DNA of 39,712 nt from Emiliania huxleyi CCMP1516. Lineage: Eukaryota. The translations under genes and the position numbers were made by a program. Positions 31,814 through 39,712 of this stretch are shown here, one piece after another. Each line of letters begins with the position of its first letter. Within the stretch, counting starts at the first letter, position 1. The DNA lies in assembly GCF_000372725.1 (NCBI RefSeq), contig NW_005202427.1:987581-1027292 (forward strand), in the 5' to 3' direction. The notes under the pieces were generated by a model that worked only from the letters and a program-made list of their open reading frames with translations, did not search any database and was not told the DNA's origin.

Positions 31814-34800
31814 ATGGCGTTGGCCCACGGCGTCGTGACGGCAGAGCTCGAGCGGCCGTTGCTTGCGAACGATCGGCAGGCCTCGAATCCGCGGGAGGGT
31901 CTTACCTCCGCCCAAGCCGCTGCGCTTCTGCAGGAGTTTGGTCGAAATGAGATCGTCGAAGAGAAGGTCGCCGACGACCACCGCCGCTTCGTGAGTTACG
32001 CTTCGCATAGTAACCGCCACCTCCTCGGCCCACACCACAGGAGTCCATGCTCTACATGTTCACCAAGCAGTTCCTCGGCACGATGCCAGCCATGATCGAG
32101 CTCTCGGCGATCCTTGCAGCGGCGCTCGGCGACTGGCTCGACTTTTTCATCATCGGCGCTCTGCTGCTCACAAACGCGACCCTCGGCTTCATCGAGGAGC
32201 TAAACGCCCAGAGCTCTGTCGACGCCCTCAAGGACGGCCTCATCCGCAAACTCCCGGTCAAGCGCGACGGCAAGAGTGTCATGATTGAGATCACCGAGGT
32301 AGTTCCCGGGGACGTGGTCTGCCTCTCCCGCCGTTGCAGTCCGCTGTTCTCCAGCCCCTTCCCAAGTCTGCGCGCTTCACTGTAGGTCTTTGTGCGCGGC
32401 GGCAACGTCGTGCCTGCAGACGGCCGCTGGCTGCATGGTGACGAGCTCTCGGTCGACCAGGCTGCGCTCACGGGAGAGTCGCTGCCCGTCGCCGTGCCGC
32501 GCGAGGACGGCGATGAGGTCGGCTCGGGCGAGAAGCTGTGGAGCGGCTCCATCATCAAGACGGGCGAGGCCGAGATGCTCGTCACCGAGACGGGGCTCAA
32601 CACGATGATGGGCGAGGCCGCCAAGTCGATCCAGGAGTCGAGCGGCCACCAGGTCGGCCTGCTCGAGTCCAAGATCCAGGCGTCGGGCAAGGTGCTGATC
32701 CTCATCACGCTCGTCGCCGTCTCGGCGCTCCTCTACTACCAGGTGGTCGTGCGCGGGCAGGAGCTGGGTGAGATCCTCGAGATGTCGCTCTGCCTCGTCA
32801 TCGCCAGCGTGCCCGTGGCGCTGCCGATGGTGCTCAAGGTGACGCTCTCCGTCGGCGCAAAGGAGCTCGCGGGGGAGGGCGCCATCGTCACTCACCTCAC
32901 CGCGCTGGAGGAGGTCGCCTCGATGCGCGTGCTGTGCTCCGACAAGACGGGCACGCTCACCACCGCGCAGATGACGGTCTACCACTCCATGGCGAAGTGC
33001 TGGAACGGCTTCACCGCCGAGCAGGTCCTGACTTACGCGGCAGTCGCCTCCAATGCGGCCAACAAGGACGACGCCATCGACCGCGCGGTCTACCAGGCCT
33101 TTGCCGAGATGAGCGTCGGCCCGGGCGGGGACGTGGACGTCGCGGCCGACGCGCTAGGAAAGAAGTTCCGCACCGAAAAGTACTTTGGCTTCAACCCGAC
33201 TGTCAAGCGGACGGTCGCGGACGTGCTCGATCTCAACACGGGGAAGAAGTTGCGCGTGGCGAAAGGCCACCGTCGCGATGGCCTCGAGACCCGAAGCTGT
33301 GACATATCACTGATACCACGACACCTGGCCATAGGCATTGTCTCCAAGATCCTCGAGACGGGCGCCGACGGCGGCGAGACCTGGAAATGCTCCGACTTCG
33401 ACACGATCGCGCCAAGCGTCCGCGTGGCCGATGCGGAGTTCGGCAAGCAAGGCTACAAGACGATCGCGGTCGCGGTGGGCGTCAACGGAGGCCCGATGAA
33501 GTACGCCGGCACGTTGCCGATCATGGACCCGCCGCGCTCAGACACGGCGTCGACGATTGCCAATATCCGCGGCTCTGGCGTCGCCGTCAAGATGATCACC
33601 GGGGACCACCTCAACATCGCGAAGGAGATGGCGCGCCAGATTGAGCTCGGAACCAACATCATGCCCAACACGGAGCTATGGCCGGTCTCGGCCCAGCGCG
33701 ATGAGCTCATCCACTGGGCCGACGGCTTTGCCCAGGTGATGCCGAAGGACAAGCACGAGGTGGTGGCGGTCTTGCAGCAGGCTGGCCTTGTCGTCGGCAT
33801 GACCGGAGACGGCGTCAACGACGCGCCAGCTCTGGCGAAAGCACAGGTTGGCGTCGCCGTCGCCGGCGCCACCGACGCGGCCCAGACAGCGGCCGACATC
33901 ATCCTTACCCGCGAGGGGCTAGGGCCGATTTACACTGCGATCCTCACGTCGCGGCGCATCTTCAAGCGGCTCAAAGCGTACGTCGTCTACCGCATCTGCT
34001 GCACCGTACAGGTCGTCTGCTTCCTGTGCTTCCTGTCCTTCGTCTTCAACGAGGCCTTCTCCGCGCTCTACATCATCCTGCTCGCGCTCTTCCACGACCT
34101 GACCATCGTCACCATCGCGTACGATAAGCAGACGCCGTCGGCGCAGCCAGAGACACCGACCGTTCGCGGGCTGGTCGTCCAGTCGTACGCGATGGGCCTC
34201 TTCCTTGCCGCCGGCTCATGCATCCTCTTCGTCTACGGCCACGCGTTCATGAGCGAGTCCTTCGTCGAGTCTTTCAAGTACAAGGAGGCGCTCATGTTCT
34301 TACAGATCACAAACTCGTCCGCCTTTCTCATATTTTCGGCGCGCACCCCCGGCTTCTTCTTCGCTTCGACACCCGACAACAAGCTCGCCGGGTCGGCCAT
34401 CGCATCGCAGATCGTCGTGAACGGACTCGTTCTCTTCTCGGGCGGGTGAGATGCAGCCTAGACGAAGCCGTTACGTAGCTTCCTACACCCCCGCCTCTGC
34501 CCCGGTGCCAGTTGGCTGGTGAACGAGCTCCGGCCACAAGATGTGCTCATCACCTGGCTGTACAACCTCGTCTTGCTGCTGCTACTCGACGTGGTCAAGA
34601 TGGGGGTGCTCGAGGCCGAGGCCCTCCTCGAGGGCGGCGCCTCGCGGCCATCGGGCCGCAACGCCTTTGCCGGCCTCGCGTCGTGCTGTGGCCTCCTCGG
34701 CGGCTCGAAGCGGACGGCGACGTCGGCCGGCCGCGGTACTCGCGCTTCCGTCTCGCGCTTCCAGTCGGGCTCGAGCCGCCTCTCCCAGGCGAACGTCAGC

Positions 34801-34965
34801 GGGCTGCACAAGATGAACTCGCTGAAGAACATCGACGCCCTCGGCTCGCCAAAGTCGCAAAAGGGTGCGCTCCTCCCCGGCCCGGCGATCGTGGCTGCGC
34901 GCGTGAGCGGCTTCGGGAACGTGGACGAGAAGTTCGACCGCTTCCTGCTGCAGCGCCACCAGTAG
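31814..34965 (+). CDS. P3A-type plasma-membrane H+-ATPase; exons 31814-31966, 32041-32316, 32386-33265, 33335-34445, 34512-34965
   Basis: Motifs GLTS..A..LL..FG.NEI, VVPGD, DQAALTGESLPV, VLCSDKTGTLT, DPPR, MITGDH, FAQVMPKDK, MTGDGVNDAPAL, YVVYRI and ALFHDLTIVTIAYD (proton-acceptor Asp). Confidence 0.93.
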
Positions 34966-34987
34966 GCAGCGCGAATGCGCGTGCGTG

Positions 34988-35229
34988 TGCGCATGCACGC
35001 ACATTTCTAGATTTGGCGCTTGCAAGCGAGTCGTCTCGGGGCGCTCTCTTCTCCTGGCCCCACCGTGTCTCGCGCTCGTCGCCCCCAGGCTGCAGAACCG
35101 GCCCCAGATGCGCATGCACGCACATTTCTAGATTTGGCGCTTGCAAGCGAGTCGTCTCGGGGCGCTCTCTTCTCCTGGCCCCACCGTGTCTCGCGCTCGT
35201 CGCCCCCAGGCTGCAGAACCGGCCCCAGA
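34988..35229 (+). repeat. Apparently perfect ~121-bp tandem duplication just 3' of the H+-ATPase stop
   Basis: Units start at 34988 and 35109. Confidence 0.9.
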
Positions 35230-35911
35230 AGGGGACGATCCGGGCGAGTGTGGCAGTCTAGTATCGTGCCCTGTGTGTGAAGAGTAGTGGCAATTCGGGA
35301 TCGTGAAAAGTTGATGAAATCATTACCCCGGGACACGCGCCCCCGGGGCGCGCAAACTGTCACTTCTCGCAGGCTGCGAGAGACAAGCTTTCTCGGAGCG
35401 ACAGGCTCAAAACAAATAAGGGTATGTTGGGTGCGATCACTAGCGAACGCCAGTGCGCTCCAGAATGGTGCGAATGCCCTTCGATCGCGTCGGTCCTTCG
35501 AACACGCCGTACGCCACCCTAGGGTTCGGTACGTACTTTCTATCCTCCGCCATTTTGTCTTCCTGGTCCATTCCTCCGTCCGTCGCCGCAAAGTGTGTGA
35601 AATCGTGTGAGACGTGCAGCGCGAGGCATGTCTGCGCTACTTTCACGTTCAGGGCTCGTCCCTTCCCGGATCGGAGCGGCTCGCTGTCTGTTCCCATCTT
35701 GATTTGCGCTCCTTTGCCGTCTCTCAGCTCGCCCCCGTCTCAAATTCGTCGTATCGGAGCAAGAAGCGCGTTAGGAGCTTAGGGGATCCTCCTGTAGCTC
35801 CCCTACTCTGATCGCGCTCGCCCCGTGTCCGTTATCCCACAAACAGCTCGTAGCCTTCGTTCTGCCAGTTTCTGTGTCTCTGGGGCGCTCCCTCTGGGAA
35901 CCAATTTTCTC

Positions 35912-36209
35912 AAAGAAAAGAAAGAAAACGTACAACCCAAGGGAGGGATGGGAGGACGGCACGCCGCCACCACACAGGGATTTCACTGGAAGGAAGGTGT
36001 GTTGCTAGCCGTCGCCCACCCTTTTTCTCAGAAAGAAAGAAAGAAAACAGACAACCCAAGGGAGGGATGGGAGGACGGCACGTCGCCACCACACAGGGAT
36101 TTTAAGGAGAGAAGTGAGGTGCTAGCCGTCGCCCACCCTTGTGCGTCTACCTTTTCCTATCTCTGTTCGCAGTTTCTCGCCAATTCTCGCAGCGACCTTC
36201 ATGCCACCT
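35912..36209 (+). repeat. Two adjacent copies of the dispersed AAAGAAAGAAAACAGA element (35912-36020, 36030-36209)
   Basis: Near-identical to the copies at 11417-11600 (reverse complement), 36576 and 37406. Confidence 0.9.
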
Positions 36210-36249
36210 TTTTTGCCACCCTTTTTCTCCTGCGAAAGGAGTTCGCTGC

Positions 36250-36575
36250 GAAAATTCTTTTTCTCGAGTCGTTCGGTGGGTTCGGGAAGGGGGTCGGCGA
36301 GATCCTCTGGAAGGCGGCGGACGTTCGACAGAACAAGCTGACGCGGGCCCAGTACCTCGATGAGGTGACTTGGACCACCAAGAACGGGCTAAGGCTGCAG
36401 AAACAGCGTATCTCAGTCGTTCTTCACACGGCCATCGCAGAGCAGATTGTGAATGAGCTTGCCTGCGGCGAGGGCGGTCGAGTGCACGGAGCTAAGTGCC
36501 TCACCGTCCTCGCAGGAGTCGCTTAGGCGGCTCCCGTGGTGTACCTGTGTTAGTGCCAGTGCGCGCCAGTCCCGC
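36250..36575 (+). mobile_element. 5'-truncated fragment of an RLE-type (CRE/R2-like) non-LTR retrotransposon
   Basis: ILFLESFGGFGKGVGEILWKAA...QKQRISVVLHTAIAEQI resembles the C-terminal restriction-like endonuclease end (P..hEThG.hG.....L..LA...QRLSV.LQ.GNA). The stop at 36526 is followed by a short UTR and an A-rich tract. Confidence 0.55.
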
Positions 36576-36682
36576 AAAAGAAAGAAAGAAAACAGAAACC
36601 CCGAGGGAGGGATGGGAGGACGGCACGCCGCCACCACACAGGGATTTTAAGGAGAGGAGTGTGGTGCTAGCCGTCGCCCACC
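36576..36682 (+). repeat. Dispersed element copy
   Basis: aaaagaaagaaagaaaacagaaaccccgagggagggatgggaggacggcacgcc...gtcgcccacc. Confidence 0.9.
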
Positions 36683-36742
36683 TGTAGAGGCCGCCGGAAA
36701 CGGGACTATACGCGGCACCCGCGCTCGTCGCGCCCCGGGGCG

Positions 36743-37360
36743 GTGCGCAGACATCGCGAATTTGCCCGCTCGCTCGACCCTTTTGCCGCGAGAGGGCGCC
36801 GGCCGCGTGTAAGAGGTGGCTGGCGCCCTCTCGCGGCATTTGGTGGCGTGGGGAGTGTGGAACGCTACTGGCGGTGTGACAGGGCCTCTCTCGGTTGCGT
36901 ATGCCGCCATCGGCACGCGGGTGCACAGACATCGCGACTCCTGCGCGACTCTGCCCGCTCGCTCGACCCTTTTGCCGCGAGAGGGCGCCGGCCGCGTGTA
37001 AGAGGTGGCTGGCGCCCTCTCGCGGCATTTGGTGGCGTGGGGAGTGCGGAACGCTACTGGCGGCGTGACAGGGCCTCTCTCGGTGCGTATGCCGCCATCG
37101 GCACGCGGGTGCGCAGGCATCGCGACTCTGCCCGCTCGCTCGACCCTTTTGCCGTGAGAGGGCGCCGGCCGCGTGTAAGAGGTGGCTGGCGCCCTGAGGC
37201 GGCAATTGGTGGCGTGGGGAGTGTGGAACGCTACTGGCGGTGTGACAGGGCCTCTCTCGGTTGCGTATGCCGCCCCATCGGCACGCGGGTGCACAGGCAT
37301 CGCGACTCTGCCCGCTCGCTCGACCCTTTTGCCGCGAGAGGGCGCCAGCCGCGTGTAAGA
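36743..37360 (+). repeat. ~180-bp tandem repeat (about 3.4 units), each full unit carrying a GC-rich hairpin
   Basis: Units start at ~36743, 36921, 37109 and 37289. The inverted repeat is tgccgcgagagggcgcc...ggcgccctctcgcggca, degenerate in unit 3. Confidence 0.9.
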
Positions 37361-37405
37361 CTAACCCAAGGTCAGCGTGCGGGGCTAAGTCATGTTGTTG
37401 CTCTT

Positions 37406-37700
37406 AAAAGAAAGAAAGAAAACAGACAACCCAAGGGAGGGATGGGAGGACGGCACGCCGCCACCACACAGGGATTTTAAGGAGAGGTGTGTGGTGCGCT
37501 ATCCGTCGCCCACCCTAGGGAGTCTGCCTCTTCCTATCTCTCTTCGCAGTCTCTCGCCGATTCTCGCTGCAACCTTCATGCCACCTCGCGGTCGTCCCAC
37601 CCTCGTCGTTCTCTCCCTTGTCACTTCCTCCTCTGTCGCGTCGTTCTCTTAAAAGAAAGAAAGAAAACAGACACGCCAAACGAGGGATGGGACGAGCGTC
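37406..37700 (+). repeat. Long copy of the dispersed element followed by a variant copy starting at 37651
   Basis: The same 5' AAAAGAAAGAAAGAAAACAGAC start occurs at 37406 and 37651. Confidence 0.85.
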
Positions 37701-37808
37701 GTTCTCTTGGAGGACCTCCTACAAGTGGTTGAATTCTTATTCTCTCACTGCGACTTGTCGTCGGGAGGCCTCTTTGTTTGCCCTGCCATCTGGGCCGCAG
37801 CGTCTGGC

Positions 37809-38594
37809 ATGTCATCTGGCTTCCTCCGTGGCGGCTCGTCGGGAACGATACCACGAGAGGCGCGTGTCACGGCTCCTCAAAACAGACCGGCCGAGATCCG
37901 CGCACTCACGTCGTGCGGTCGGCGCCTAGGGCAACTTCGCCCTCAAGCCGTACTTGGACTGTATCCGAGAGACGCTGGGCGCCGCGCTCTGCGTGAGCAA
38001 CTTTGCGTCGCAGATCGTCGAGAGGCACAACAAGCCCGAGGTGGAGGTCGGCACGTCGAGCGAGCTGCTGCTGAACCCGATCGTGATCAGGCGATCCGAC
38101 CATGAGTCGGTCCTCATCGAGTCGGCAGTCAACTCCGTCCGCTTCTCCATCAAGGCGCGCATTGCTGCGGAGGGAGTCGCCCGCCTCGCCGCCGCCTCGC
38201 CCCACCCCGCCCCCCCTGCCCCCCCCCTCCGCGGGTCGCAGGTCAAGCAGCTCGATGAGATGGACGAGATCCTGGCGCGCAAGTTCACGCGCTTCCTGAT
38301 GCTGCGCGCCGACAACTTCATCGTCCTGCGGCGCAAGCCGGTCCCCGGGTACGACATCTCCTTTTTGCTGACAAACTTCAACGTCGAGGCCCTCTGGAAG
38401 CACAAGCTTATTGACTTTGTGATCCAGTTTATGGAGGAGATCGACTCGGAGATCTCGGTACGCGCACCGCCGCGACGAGTGCCCCCTACCCACCCCAACC
38501 CGCCCCCCGCCCACATCCGGCGCAGGCGATGAAGCTGGCGGTGAACGAGCGAGCGAGGATGGTAGGCTACCAGTACCTGCGCGAGATGTGCTAG
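37809..38594 (+). CDS. ARPC4: Arp2/3 complex subunit 4 (p20); exons 37809-37859, 37930-38154, 38242-38457, 38526-38594
   Basis: Motifs [76 protein letters not shown] and [21 protein letters not shown]. Two GC donors are used. The first exon is less certain. Confidence 0.95.
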
Positions 38595-39712
38595 CGGGGG
38601 GAACCACTACATTGCGCGTGCTGTGCGTCTGTGCGTGCGGCTGGCCCCCTGCACCCAGAGGGGCATCTCTCGAAGCCATGTCAAGTTGTCGTGTCCCTCG
38701 CCTGTCGCCTGCGCCGCTGCGCCTGCGCGCCTCCCCGCGCCTGCCGCTTGCGACGGCTGCGCGGCGCGGGCGCGGGCGCCGCGGCCGTGCGCGGCGCGCG
38801 AGCCGGGCGGGGGCGGCGCGGCGCGTCGCTCGCTTGGGCTTGCGCGTCTTTTGGGACTCTCCACCTCCGCCGGGTCCTTATTAGCTTTTTTTGCAATAAG
38901 ATATGCAATATCCGCGCGCCGCACAATAGTACATGCACGTGTGTGACATACGCCTAGGCTAGCAGTAACACTCAAGAGTTCATCGAGTTCGAGAGACATG
39001 CATTGCGCACACGCGCCGGCAGCCCGGCACGTCCCACGCACACCTGTGCATACATACACACACATGCACACCGCACGACATAATTGTTACATTCGTGTAC
39101 GGTGTACGCGTAGGTGTGTGCGTTATTCCCTGCGCCCTTGCATGCTGTAGTATGGCAGGAGGTTACGGCGAGGTAGTAGGGATGTGGGGTGGTTAGTAGA
39201 GCGCCGGCGCCGTCAAACTGTGTCGGAGAGACGGCGACCAGGGCTTCAGGAAGCTTCCCGGGCAGCGGAGGTGAGAATGTACAGTCGGGCTGCCAAGCCC
39301 GAGGACGGGGATTGCGCAGCGGCCCGAAGAATAGTGCGCTGCGGCCTGCTCGCTGCTGCTGCTGATGATGATGATGATGCCAGCGCTCGCCTCAGCTGAC
39401 TTGGCAGCTGCAGCCGCCGGACTCTTGGCCGCCGCCGCCGCCGCCGCCGCCTCGCCCAGCTTTGGTGGCGCCGCCTGCAGATCATCGGGCGGAGGGGTGC
39501 GGCCGGCCCAGGGGAGGGAGGGGCGCGGAGGGGCGGGGAGGGGGTGGAGGGGGGGTGGAGGGGGTTGGGGGAGGGGGTTGGGGGGGGGAGGTGGTGGTGG
39601 CGGGGGGGGGGGTTGACCGCTGATGCGCATCAGGAGGCAGGTCGTGTCGTCCCCCGGCGGAAGGTAACCGTCTCAGTCCTACCCGTGCCTGCGCAGCGCC
39701 CCGGGGGGGGGG

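Noticed and set aside
36501..37480. Repetitive ORFs in the 180-bp satellite
   Set aside because: Open frames on both strands come from the tandem repeat, and unit indels shift the frame.
35912..37700. CRISPR-like repeat/spacer array
   Set aside because: Repeats are over 100 bp, spacing is very irregular, the context is eukaryotic and no cas genes are present.
39193..39712. 3' end of a minus-strand gene, with a possible PP2C-like DDTTCLLMR motif near 39625-39660
   Set aside because: Too short, cut by the window edge, and the frame and splice sites could not be resolved.

Overview
GC-rich, intron-containing eukaryotic DNA with two N-gaps. Many GC-AG introns, poly-C, (CCCTAA)n and ~10-bp-repeat intron content, and a signal-peptide-led RbfA suggest a haptophyte alga, most likely Emiliania/Gephyrocapsa huxleyi (inference). 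Recognisable genes are the PP1 catalytic subunit, an aftiphilin-like AP-1 accessory protein, an ITPK-type IP3 3-kinase, plastid RbfA, an AMT1 ammonium transporter (central exons missing), a P3A H+-ATPase and ARPC4. Others include a PAM2-motif protein and an N-acylated acidic repeat protein. The most striking element is an apparently intact ~6.2-kb DNA transposon (23456-29647) with 12-bp TIRs and a 6-bp TSD. It encodes a spliced ~1565-aa hAT-like DDE transposase fused to a C-terminal Ulp1/adenain-like (clan CE) cysteine protease. Several introns are bounded by duplicated exon sequence. A repeat cluster at 35.9-37.7 kb holds a dispersed element, an RLE-retrotransposon fragment and a hairpin satellite. 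All calls were made by eye, without database searches.
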